Shown here one piece after another: positions 11,981 through 23,505 of a stretch of DNA of 64,000 nt. Below the pieces are notes generated by a model. It was not told the DNA's origin. It saw nothing but the letters and a program-made list of their open reading frames with translations, and did not search any database. Each line of letters starts with the position of its first letter. Positions within the stretch are counted from its first letter, which is position 1. The stretch is from Heteronotia binoei. Its lineage: Eukaryota. The stretch covers positions 176,576,001 through 176,640,000 of the forward strand of contig NC_083243.1 of NCBI RefSeq assembly GCF_032191835.1, given 5' to 3'. The translations under genes and the position numbers were made by a program.

Positions 11981-12500
11981 TCTGCAATGATGATTACATT
12001 CATTTCCACTTGACCGATTTAAGCATACCATTCTTATTTGTATAGTAAACGAACTGAACTCATTCCTACAGATCAGTGAGCTGCAAACACAGAGCCCAAA
12101 AAGCATATGATATGCCAACAAAGGAAGTATCTGTTTAAATGAAATCAGGATTTTTTTTTAACGCAACAGTCTCTTTATTATCATTGTTGAGGTTTGCACC
12201 ACAGAGCTATCGATTCAAAAAGCCTCACTCATAATGTGCTGTTAATTTTCAGTGATCCACATTCACTGCCAAGTCTCTGCACTGAAATGCAAACAAGGCA
12301 CCAGTTTGCTTTTATGAATGAACAGGTGATGTCAATTATATAGCCCTGGGAATCAAGAGTAATTTAAGAGATTACAAAATTATTACTAGGTCGCTAACCC
12401 CTTACTAAACACAAAGATGCCCTTGGGCTATTTTGGGGCCATCTCAAAATCCTTGTACTCTCATTAAGTGGCCAGCTTGACAATCAGCTCCAAATATTCA

Positions 12501-13154
12501 TAGGCTTCCCAACCCTCCCGCCCTGGCGGGGGACCCCAGGATTTCCACCCTCTTCCCCCGCTCCCCAAAAAAAGGGAAGCGGGGGGAGGGGAAATGGCAC
12601 TGGGGAGCATGGCGAGCCACCCCATCCTGGAGCGGGCAAGGCCACCGCTCCGCGCCGCTGCCGCCCCCTCCCACTGCAGCTGCTCCTCCGAGATGGGCCC
12701 AGGCTGAGCCCATCTCGGAGGAGCAGCCAAGAGGCAGCAGCAGCGCAGGCAAAACCAGAGAAGGGGAGGGCGGAGACAGGCCAGGAGCATGGTAAGCCGC
12801 GAATCCGGGCCCTTCTAGGACCCGGACTCGTGGCTTGCCACGCCCCCGGCTCACCTCCCCCCCTCCAATTCCACCCCAGAGGCAGAGCGGGCGAGGCCGC
12901 CGCGCCGCTGCCGCCCCCCCCCCACCTCAGCTGCTCCTCCGAGATGGGCTCAACCTGAGCCCATCTCGGAGGAGCAGCCACGGCGAGCAGAGAAGAGGCG
13001 GCAGCTGCGCAGCAGCATTGCCCGCTCCGAGACGGGGCGGCTCGCCACGCTCCCCGGCGCCGTTTCCCCCCCTCCCCCCTAGCTCCACCCCAGTGTCTCC
13101 TGGCTCCACCCCCAAAGTCCCCAGATATTTTTGGGATTGGACTTGGCAACCCTA
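12501..13154 (-). mobile_element. Non-autonomous hAT element with GC/CpG-rich interior and two 23-bp hairpins
   Basis: TIRs taggcttcccaa / ttggcaacccta. Perfect 8-bp TSD aatattca at 12493-12500 and 13155-13162. Confidence 0.88.
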
Positions 13155-13501
13155 AATATTCACCACATATGAAAAACACGATATGTACAAGTAAGACAAA
13201 TGCTTCATTTCCCAATCAATGCAGGTGCACCTTGAATAATATAAAACTATCTGAAAGCAGCAACGAATAGAAATATAACTTGCTCTGATCGTGCAGGTTA
13301 TTAAAGAGCTTCTTCACCACAAACTTCGTCTGCCTACTGTGAGCAAAAAGTCTCATGCAGAAGTCCTGCTGATAACTCCGTCTTAGAACTTGTCACTGCA
13401 TATAGAAGAACAAGCCATACTGAAAAAGAATCTTGACTTCTGCAAAGGAAAGCCCTGCCTCAACAATATCTTGGAGATCTCTGAGAATGTGGAAATGTAA
13501 A

Positions 13502-14066
13502 TGTCATGATCCTGGGCCTAGTGAGGCCTGCAGGCTCCAGAGAAGCCTGCCTAGGAGTTACAAAAAAGCCAACTTTTCCCAAGATCCCTTCTGTCCCTCT
13601 GATTGAGTGGCAAGGTTTTAGATGGAAACTGGCCCAGAGAGTGGTGGGGCCTGGGAGGAGAAGATAAAAGGGCCAAGCCCAGGCAGGGTGTGCTCTTTTC
13701 CTGGAAGGCTGAGCTGGAGGCAGGCTGTAGCCAAGAGAGCTTGCAGCAGGGGAAAGTTCCCTTACCCAAGGGGGTGAATGTTGGTTATTAGAGTAGAGAC
13801 TATATAGCTAAATGCATCAGGGCTTTTGTTCATTTGCACCAACCTTTACTGTATATATATTTCACTGTTTTACCCACATTATTTGAGCACTGTAAATAAA
13901 ATGTCATTGTTATACTCTGTGGTTCCTCACGTCTCCTTGGTCACAGTTAAGACGTATTTATTAATAAGGAAGACAAGGGTGGTTGGGTGCTCTGTGCCCT
14001 CCATATAGACCCTTACCAGAGTGGTGGCAGCCAGTAGAAGGCCCTGCTAGGCCCGGCTGCATGACA
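13502..14066 (+). mobile_element. Solo LTR (565 bp)
   Basis: tgtcatg...catgaca termini; 5-bp TSD gtaaa at 13497-13501 and 14067-14071; internal tatatata and aataaa. Confidence 0.8.
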
Positions 14067-14373
14067 GTAAACAAGAATGCGAAAGGAGACATTGTGTACT
14101 TGGAACTTCTAAGTGTTTTGACAGTGTTACCTCCCTCACCAAGGACTCCCAAGAAAACTTAACAGAAAACAGATCCTCTCATGGATTAGTAATTAGTTAA
14201 AAAATAAAAACTGGGCTGTAGAACAGGGGTCCCTAACTTTTTGGAGCCTATGGCTACTTTTGGAATTCTAACACTGGATGGCAGGTGCAACCACAAAATG
14301 GCTGCCACAGGACACAAGGCCTTATGCAACCCCAGAAGGAAGTCCAAGTGATGGGAAGAAGAGAAAAATGAAA

Positions 14374-16477
14374 TGTCAAATAGATTCCTGACTTGTCTTG
14401 CTGACAACTTTCTTTTCCAGAAAGTGAAGAAGGAAACAAGGGGATCTGCTACCTTGGATTTGATTCTCACCAACAAGGAAGAATTGATTGAAGAAGTGGA
14501 AATAGTGGGCGCCCTGGGCAGTAGTGACCATGTGATTTTGGAATTTACAGTCTTAGGAAAGGGAAAAGCTAAACATAGTCAGACGTAGGTTGGACTTCAG
14601 AAAGGCAAACTTTGATAAACTTAGAACTATGCTGGGTAAAATCCTGAGGTCAGAAATACTTAGGAGGAAGGGGGTTCAGGAGGGGTGGGAGTTTCTTAAA
14701 GCGAAATACTGAAAGCGCAATAACAGACGATTCCTATGAGAAGAAAAAATGGAAAAAGCCTAAAGAAGCCGAAGTGGCTCCATAAAGCTCTCTAAAGACT
14801 TGAGAAATAAAAGACTCCTTTAGGAATTGGAAGGAGGGCCTTATAACCAAGGATGAATATAAACAAATCACCAGTGCTTGTAGAGAAAAAGTTAGGAAAG
14901 CTAAAGTTCAGTATGAGCTTAGGCTAACCAAAGATGCTAAAAACAACAAAAAGGGTTCTTTTCATGTTCAGAGTGAGAAAAAGAGCAAGGACATGGTAGG
15001 CCCATTGCAAGGGCAAGAAAGTGAAATTGTAACAGGTAATGAAGAGAGGGCGGAACTGCTCAATTCCTACTTTTTCTCAGTCTTCTCTTCTGAGGGAAAC
15101 GGTGCTCAACATGGTAAAAACAGAACATACAAGGAGGGTATGAAGTTCCAACCTAGAATCAGCATAAACACCTAGTTTCTTTAAATGAAACTAAGTCCTC
15201 AGGGTCAGATGAATTGCATCCAAGAGTTCTAAAAGAGCTTGGGGATGCAATTTCTGTGCCTTTGGCTATTATTTTGGAGAATTCTTGGAGAACAGAAGAG
15301 GTGCCAGAAGACTGGAGGTGGACGAATGTTCTCCCCATCTTCAAGAAGGGGAAAAAAGACGATCCGGGTAACTACCAACCCGTCAGCTTGACGTCTATAC
15401 CTGGAAAAGTTTTAGAACAAATCATCAAACAGTCGGTCCTGGAACATTTAGAAACAATGGATGTGATTACTAAGAGCCAGCATGGTTTTCTCAAGAACAA
15501 GTCATGTCAGACTAACCTGATCTCTTTTTTTGAGGAAGTGACTACCTTGCTGGATCAGGGGAATGCTGTAGACGTCGTTTATCTTGATTTCAGTAAGTCT
15601 TTTGATAAGGTTCCACATACTATCCTTATTGACAAGTTGGTAAAATGTGGTTTGGATCCTGTTACCGTTAGGTGGATCTGTAACTGGTTGACAGATCGCA
15701 TCCAAAGTGTGCTTGTGAATGGTTCCTCATCGTCTTGGAGAGGAGTGACAAGTGGAGTGCCTCAAGGATCTGTCCTGGGGCCTGTTTTGTTCAACATCTT
15801 TATAAATGATTTAGATGAAGGAATAGAGGGAATGCTTATCATTTAGTATCATGATACTAAATTGGGAGGGGTTGCAAACACATAAGAAGACAGAAACAGG
15901 ATGCAGGATGACCTTGACAGGCTGGAAAACTGGGCTAAAATCAATAAAATGAATTTCAACAGGGATAAATGTAAAGTTCTGCATTTAGGTAGGAAAAATC
16001 CAGTGCATGGTTATAGGATGGGGGAGACTTGTCTTAGCAGTAGTATGTGCGAAAAGGATCTAGGGGTCTTAGTGGATCATACGCTGAACATGAGTCAACA
16101 GTGTGATACGGTAGCTAAAAAGGCAAATTCAATTTTGGGCTATATCAACAGAAGCATCGTGTCCAGATCATGTGATGTGATGGTATTGCTTTACTCTGCT
16201 CTCGTAGGACCTCACCTGGAGTATTGTGTTCATTTTGGAGTACTACATTTTAAGAAGGATATAGACAAGCTAGAACGGGTCCAGTGGAGGGCGATGAAGA
16301 TGATGAGGGGTCTGGAGACCAAGTCCTATGAAGAAAGGTTGAAGGAGCTGGGGATGTTTAGCTTGGAGAGGAGGTGGCTGAGAGGTGATAGGATCACCAT
16401 CTTCAATTACTTGAAGGGCTGTCATATAGAGGATAGTGTGGAATTGCTTTCTGTGGCCCCAGAAGGTAGGACCAGAA
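14374..16477 (+). mobile_element. CR1 LINE fragment, same subfamily as 7229-9110
   Basis: ORFs 14373, 15214 and 15901 encode endonuclease-end and RT motifs; long near-identity to the 7.2-9.1 kb copy. Confidence 0.95.
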
Positions 16478-16747
16478 GTTGCAGTGTTCGAAATTAAAAC
16501 TGTGGGGTGCCACAGGAAACCGTTATTAGAACTGCTTCTGTTTAATTTGTTTACAAGTGATCTAGAATCAGATATAAAAGGGTCACATCTGTACATAAAC
16601 ACCAAATTCTTTAGGATAGTGAAAGACAAAGCAGACAAGAGTCCCAAAAGTATCTCTCTGAACCGAGTGGAAGAAAAATGATATTCAATGTGAAGTATTC
16701 CATATTAAGGCACCCCGCACCCAAGCCACACATATACACTGAGAGGT

Positions 16748-16934
16748 TAGGCTTGCCAGCTCCAGATTGGGAAAGCCTGAGGATGGCAGGGTATGGGAAG
16801 GGGACAGGTGTATAATGCCACAGAGTTTGCCTTCCAAAGCAGCTATTTTCTCCAGGTGAACTGATCTCTTTTGCCTGGAGATCAGTTATAATTTCAGGAG
16901 ATCTCCAGCCACTAGCTGGAGGCTGGCAACCCTA
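16748..16934 (+). mobile_element. ~190-bp hAT-type MITE (TAGGGTTGCCA-type TIR, short family)
   Basis: taggcttgccagc ... gctggcaacccta. Related copies near 26.9, 28.0, 56.3 and 63.5 kb. Confidence 0.7.
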
Positions 16935-17532
16935 GACAAGGTCCAAACTGACAAGTGAGTAATGACAAAAGCAATCTTGGGGTTGTAGTACACAGTTCAA
17001 TAAAAACACCTCCTCAATGTGGCACAGTAGTGAAAATGGCAAATTCTATGCTAGGAATTGCAAGGAGAGAGATTGAAAATAAAACATCTTGAGAGGAGAG
17101 TTCTAGTAGTGAATTCTCTGCCAAACAGAGGAGTGCAGAAAAGTAGCTTCTTCCGGAAGATGACTGAAGTGTCGGGGAGGATGAAGAAAAGGGAGGAGCA
17201 TAACACCCTTTAAATTAGGTTCGAGAAGCAATTGGCATGCACAGGACTCCAGCTGCCTAGGGCAAGAAAGGGAAATTGCCAAGGAACATAGAATCTGCAC
17301 TGAAGGAAAATGGTTGGTGAACCGTCTGGAGAATAAAAGGGGGGGAGGGGTGAAGAAGGGCAGGCTAGAGCAGAACTTTCCTCCCCTCCGTCTTCCTTAA
17401 AGTTTTGAACAAAGCCCGACGATATTTTTTAAAGGATGATCTGGCAACAGCCTCTGTTCTTTGAAACAGCATGACCTGCACTGGTTTCTGAATACTGCAT
17501 ATGGAGCGTTTAAGCCCATGAATGCTGGCAAC

Positions 17533-17726
17533 CAGCGTCCCCTATAAGCTGAGTTAGCATGAGCTAGCTCACAGATTTTTAGCCTCTAGCGCACACATTT
17601 TTATCTTAGCTCAGGAAGGATAACTCCAGAGCACACTAATTTATGCAGTAGCTCACAACTTTAATGCCATTTGTTCACAAAGTAGAATTTCTGCTCACAA
17701 GACTCTGCAGCTTAGAGGGAACATTG
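17533..17726. mobile_element. hAT MITE
   Basis: TIR cagcgtcccctataagctg / cagcttagagggaacattg; TSD ctggcaac/ctggcaat (7/8). Confidence 0.75.
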
Positions 17727-17840
17727 CTGGCAATTTGAGGCTATACTACAGCCTACTACAGGTAAAACAAGAGATACCAACTCACCTTTCTTTCATCTCA
17801 AGGTAAACAAGAAAGAGCTGTAATAATCTAATACGTCTGT

Positions 17841-18028
17841 TGTTGTAGATGCTCCGGGCTGTGTGGCGGTGCCGTTTTGCCAGCAACTGTGACTGGCATC
17901 CTCAGAGATGTAACCCAGAAAACTGTTTTCTGGGTTACACCTCTGAGGATGCCAGTCACAGTTGCTGGCAAAACGTCAGGTCTCACAATGCCAAGACCAC
18001 AGCCACACAGCCCGGAAAATCTACAATA
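17841..18028. mobile_element. Second Penelope-like palindrome with degenerate hammerhead cores
   Basis: Hairpin centred on t17924; 54-bp arms 17870-17978 with 2 mismatches, then an outer arm after an indel. Plus strand CCT-CTGAGGA-T-GCCAG..CTGGC-AAAA-CGTC-AGG (17940-17980). Confidence 0.7.
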
Positions 18029-18103
18029 ATAAATGGACTCAGGCTGTGAAAGCCTTCGACAACATAATCTAATGCACCTTTACTTGGAAGCAAGTTCCTC
18101 TGA

Positions 18104-18661
18104 TAGGGCTGCCAAGTCCAATTCAAGAAATATCTGGGGACTTGGGGGTGGAGCCAGGAGACTTTGGGGGTGGAGCCAGGAGACATTGGGGGTGGAGCCA
18201 GGAGCAAGGTTGTGACAAGCACAATTGAACTCCAAAGGGAGTTCTGGCCATCACATTTCAAGGGACTGAACACCTTTTAAATGCCTTCCTTCCATAGGAA
18301 ATAATGAAGGATAGGGGCACCTTCTTTTGCGGCACATAGAATTGCACCTTCTTTTGCGGCACATAGAATTGGACCCCCTGGTCCGATCTTTTTGAAACTC
18401 GGAGGGTATTTTGAGGAGAGGCACCAGATGCTACGCTGCAAATTTGGGGCCTCTACCTCAAAAAACAGCCCCCCCCCCGAGCCCCAGATACTCGCTGATC
18501 CATTCTCCATTATTTCCTATGGGAATACATCCCCATAGGGAATAATAAAGTTCCCAGCAGATATTTCCCTCCCCTGCCCTGGCTTTCTAATGACCCTGAA
18601 GAGGGGGGAGGGCCTCCAACCCGGGGGATCCCCTGCCCCCACCTGGGGATTGGCAACCCTA
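18104..18661 (+). mobile_element. hAT non-autonomous element, family A (~500-560 bp, TAGGGTTGCCAA TIR)
   Basis: TIRs present; TSD tcctctga/tccactga (7/8). Confidence 0.88.
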
Positions 18662-18669
18662 TCCACTGA

Positions 18670-19480
18670 GCACAATTCGGGGTCTTCTGCGCACCCCGAG
18701 TTTCAGCAAGGTGAAGTCACCAGAAAATGAGGGGGATATAGGAGAGGGCGGAGAACCCGTCCGGACCACAGAGAGACTCGACGCAAATGCCGACCGCGCG
18801 TTGTGCAAGCTGCACCACTCCGAGGTGGAGAAGAACAAGGAGGGCCGAGCCTGTCCTACCGCTTTAGAAGTTCACACCGCTTTTCGAGCGTGGCCGAGGG
18901 TGACCCAGCTTTGAATTACACACGCACGGCCAAAGGAAACGTTTCCATCCAGGGAGACTACAACTCCCAGAACGCTATTCTCACTTCTAAAGCATGCCGG
19001 GAATTGTAGTAATCGGGGTATAAAAGTGAAATTGAAGCCCGGGAGAGAATGTCTGCGTTTCTCAAGGAACCGGGGATGTCTGGAATGTTGGTGAGAATTG
19101 TTATTCGTCGTCCGTCTTGCTGCGCATCCCCACATTGTGTGTATGCACAGAAGACGTCGGTGAACAACAGTTACAGGTAAGTGCAACACTGTTGTTGTTT
19201 TTTTTCCTTTCGTTCCGACCTATCCTTACGGTGAATTCTGGCTCCCGGGAAGGAACTCGACGCCACCTCGAGGAAGAGAAATGTTGGAAGAGGTTCGGCA
19301 GCTGCCGGAAACAGCCTCCCTCTGCCGCTTCCCAGAGGCGCTTGCTGAAGTTTTTTGGTACCCTTAGTAATAGCTTGTTCAGTCGCACAGTCGAGTCCGA
19401 CCCCCCCCCCCCTCCTCCTGACTTCCACTTTTGTGTTGTGAGCCGCCCTGGGCCGCTTTGGTGGGAAGGGCGGGATATAA
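18670..19480. promoter_or_regulatory. CpG-island promoter, probably of NHEJ1, with two inverted ZNF143/SBS motifs
   Basis: CpG-rich. ACTACAACTCCCAG at 18957-18970 (+) and ACTACAATTCCCGGCATGC at 18992-19010 (-); CCGGAA ETS core near 19305. Candidate minus-strand donors at 18858-59 and 19228-29; exon 1 not resolved. Confidence 0.65.
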
Positions 19481-19822
19481 GCTAAATGAAATGAAATCCT
19501 CCGAAGTCTGCTCAGATTCGTGTTTGTTACATCAGTAACGCTGTCCAGCTGTCCAAGTAATAGCTACATTACATTGAATCCATCCGCTGAGAAGCGTCCC
19601 TTGTATAGAAAATCTAGGACTACCATCAGTCCCTTTATAAAGCTATGGGTTGAGCCAGAGATACACACGACGTATACTTTTTTAAATACCCGTGACAGTA
19701 TATTGTTTAATGTTGAGAGATTCGTCGCACGCACAAATTTATACGTTCCTTGTGAAAAATTGGGTCTGGGTAAAAGTCGGATCTACACGGATCTTCGTGA
19801 ATTAATATGATTTCTTACATTG

Positions 19823-20637
19823 AAATGAAATAAAACCTGTAGATCCTGTCTTAGACTATAGGCAGGACTACAAAAATCATGCCTCCACGAATTCGTGGCG
19901 CCTCAGCAGTGCAAAAACAGAGTTCCAAAGCACGGATCCTCATGAAGTCATATGATTTTTATGGTGAAATGAAATGAAGCCACCATCATGTTGTAGATCC
20001 TCTCTAAGATTATAGGCAGCACCAGAAAAATCATGCCTCCACGAATCTGTGGCGCCACAGCACTGAAAAAACAGGTTTCCAAACCACGGATCCTCATGGA
20101 TCCTCATGATTTTTGCTTTGGGACACTCCAAGATCACCAGCCAATCACACATCATGTCCATGGGCAGATTTTGCACCACAGAAATCATGGATCCATGGCT
20201 TCGTGGCCCCACCAGGGACCAAAAACATGGTTATGAACCATGGATCCCCATGATTTCTGCTTTGGATCCCCCCAAGCCCTCCATCCAGTCACATATCATG
20301 TCCATGGGTAGAACTTGCACCACAGAAATCAGATCCACGGCTTCTTGGCAGCACCAGAGACCAAAAACTCAGTTTTGAACCACGGATCCTCATTATTTTT
20401 GCCTTGGATCCCCCCAAGCTCATCATTCAATCACATATCATGTCCATGGGAAGAGTTTGCACCACAGAAATGGATCCACGGCTTCGTGGTAGCGCCAGGG
20501 ACCAAAAACCTTTTTTGGACCACAGATCCTCATGGATCCACATGATTTCTGCTTTGGATCCCCCAAACCTCACTATCCAATCACATATCATGTCCATGGG
20601 TAGCGCTTGCACCACAGAAATCATAGATCCATGGCTT
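19823..20637. repeat. Degenerate ~141-155-bp tandem array
   Basis: catgtccatggg recurs at about 20154/20297/20438/20588. Related units with aaaaatcatgcctccacgaat at about 19872/20027. Confidence 0.8.
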
Positions 20638-20638
20638 T

Positions 20639-20980
20639 GAGCCAGTTTGATGTAGTGGTTAAGTGTGCGGACTCTTATCTGGGAGAACCGGGTTTGATTC
20701 CCAACTCCTCCACTTGCACCAGCTGGAATGGCCTTGGGTGAGCCATAGCCCTGGCAGAGGTTGTCCTTGAAAGGGCAGTTGCTGTGAGAGCCCTCTCCAG
20801 CCCCACCCACCTCACAGGGTGTCTGTTGTGGGGGAGGAAGGTAAAGGAGATTGTGAGCCGCTCTGAGACTCTGTCCTTGAAAGGGCAGCTGCGGGGAGAG
20901 CCCTCTCCAGCCCCACCCACCTCACAGGGTGTCTGTTGTGGGGGAGGAAGGTAAAGGAGATTGTGAGCCGCTCTGAGACA
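20639..20980 (+). mobile_element. Squam3-like SINE with two body units
   Basis: Head gagccagtttgatgtagtggttaag; body duplicated; no terminal tail. Confidence 0.85.
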
Positions 20981-21215
20981 CCGGGCATCCTACAGAAGCT
21001 GGTGATCATAGTCAGAACCCAATACCGCCAGACTGGATTGAGACAGCGCAAATAGTTTTAAATTGATAAGTGAATTATGTTTTTATATGTTTTATGGAAT
21101 TGATTGTTTTTATGATATTGTAAGCCGCCCTGAGTCCGCTTGCGGAGAGGGCGGGATATAAATGTAAAGTAATAAATAAATAAATAAATAAATAAATAAA
21201 ATAAAGGCGTGGGAG

Positions 21216-21472
21216 TGTCACGAGCCCAGTCACCCAGGCCCTGTAAAGATAGACGCTCTCGCATCAGTCACATTGAGACAAGATATTTCAGGAACTTGCT
21301 AAGCTACTGTGGATTTTTCGCACGCTAAGCAGAATATTGTACATGCTTCCTGTGAGAATCTTTGTGTTGCTATGTCTTAAGCTGAGACCTGAACCCTATA
21401 TAATAAAGGCCGCTTGCTTTGCAAGCGGAGCATTTTCTCCTCAACACGCGTGTTGTGTGGTTCATTCCAACA
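21216..21472 (+). mobile_element. Possible short solo LTR
   Basis: tgtcac...ccaaca termini; tatataataaa followed by a ccgcttgc-ttt-gcaagcgg hairpin; flanks ggag/agag (3/4). Confidence 0.4.
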
Positions 21473-21668
21473 AGAGCAGGAAGGGTTGCATCAGTGCTTA
21501 GTGCTCATGGCCCTTCCTTACATGCCACGGAAAAGCTGACTGACACTTTGGGGTCCGGAAGCAATTTTCTCCAGGTCAGGGATGCTGGAGATGTTTTGAG
21601 GTTTTGCTCTCTCTTTTTTTGCCATCTTCTGAGCATAGAGCAGGAGCAACTGGAGGTGGGGGAGGGAG

Positions 21669-22500
21669 GAGAACCGGTTTGGTGTAGTGGTTAAGTGTGC
21701 GGACTCTTATCTGGGAGAGCCGGGTTTGATTCCCCACTCCTCCACTTGCACCTGCTGGCATGGCCTTGGGTCAGCCATAGCTCTGGCAGAGGTTGTCCTT
21801 GAAAGGGCAGCTGCTGTGAGAGCCCTCTCCAGCCCCCCCCCACCTCACAGGGTGCCTGTTGTGGAGGAGGGAGATAAAGGAGATTGTAGGCCGCTCTGAG
21901 CCTCTGTCCTTGAAAGGGCAGCTGCTGTGAGAGCCCTCTCCAGCCCCACCCACCTCACAGGGTGTTTGTTGTGGGGGAGGAAGGTAAAGGAAATTGTAGG
22001 CCGCTCTGAGCCTCTGTCCTTGAAAGGGCAGCTGCTGTGAGAGCTCTCTCAGCCCCACCCACATCACAGGGTGTCTGTTGTGGGGGAGGAAGGTAAAGGA
22101 GATTGTGAGCCACTCTGAGCCTCTGTCTTTGAAAGGGCAGCTGCTGTGAGAGCCCTCTCCAGCCCCACCCACCTCACAGGGTGTCTGTTGTGGGGGAGGA
22201 AGGGAAAGGAGATTGTAGGCCGCTCTGAGCCTCTGTCCTTGAAAGGGCAGCTGCTGTGAGAGCCCTCTCCAGCCCCACCCACCTCACAGGGTGTCTGTTG
22301 TGGGGGAGGAAGGGAAAGGAGATTGTAGGCCGCTCTGAGCCTCTGTCCTTGAAAGGGCAGCTGCTGTGAGAGCCCTCTCAGCCCCACCCACCTCACAGGG
22401 TGTCTGTTGTGGGGGAGGAAGGTAAAGGAGATTGTGAGCCACTCTGAGACTCTTCGGAGTGGAGGGCGGGATATAAATCCAATATCTTAAATCTTCAATA
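21669..22500 (+). repeat. Squam3-like SINE expanded into six 110-bp units
   Basis: gtc(c/t)ttgaaagggcagc at 21795/21906/22016/22125/22235/22345; one head, one tail. Confidence 0.9.
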
Positions 22501-23505
22501 TCTTATCTAAATTTCCTGCATTATGTAGGGGGTTGGACTAGATGACCACGGAAGTCTGTTTCAACTCTATGATTATACATGTAATCTTTATTTAAGAAAA
22601 ATAAATTTGATGATATCGTTTATTGTTACATAGGCTTGTGCATTCTATAGTCCTCTCCTTTGTGATACAGTTTCCCTCTTTCCTGCTGCAGACCTTACAG
22701 CTGCAATACAGGCAATGTAGCAAACTCTGGCTGTTCATATAAAACTAAAAAAATGGAGTGTGATTGGATTTTGTATTAACACTTCATCAAGAAGTTGGCT
22801 TTCCCCTAGTATATACACACATAAGTACAAATGTAGCATGCAAAAGGAAGTTTAGTCCAGGGGCTGGATCCAGGCAATATTTTCTGCTAAAGGGTGTAAG
22901 TTTTGCCAGTTTTGGCTGCAGACCCCTGATTTACCCCTCATGTCATTTCTGAGGGTTCTCTACCCTCCAATAGCAGCATTTCAAGGAGATCAATGGGCTG
23001 CAGCAGTAGAGGAAGAGGCAGCAAACAGATTCCACTAACAGGAGTGCCTTCCATTAGCAGAAAACATAGCCTGGAACTGCAGGACTACAATGTAAGTTAG
23101 ATAAATTCTTCCCTCCCTTTATAGCTGAAGATAGCGGCATAAAGAGGACGGACATGCATGTAGAGAAAATAAACCAGATTCCTCCCCACCCCAGCTGCCC
23201 TGTCACATCCCAAGTACATTTAAGCTGCCCTGTAAGCTAGGTCTGCATACTACCTAGTAGTATGCTGTAGGTAAATTCACATAGGCAAAAATTAAATGGA
23301 AAGTGTTAACATATCAGAGAGGCAGAGAAAATGAGCGCCAAAGATGATGTTAATTGCACTTTTGTAGAAATGTCTTTGCAGAGACGCCGGGAGTGTGCTA
23401 GGAGTGCTAGTTCAGCTGTTTTTGAGCAGCCTGTTTTAAGTATTCTTCAAATCTGATTCCAGATTGTCTGACACAAACCTCCTTTGGAAAAAAAAATACC
23501 CATGC

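Noticed and set aside
12464-13215. NHEJ1 promoter, or GC-rich coding ORFs
   Set aside because: The block is enclosed by TIRs and a perfect TSD; the ORFs are low-complexity. A better promoter candidate lies at 18.7-19.5 kb.
21669-22500. CRISPR-like array
   Set aside because: Eukaryotic DNA; the units are full-length repeats of a SINE body with no unique spacers.
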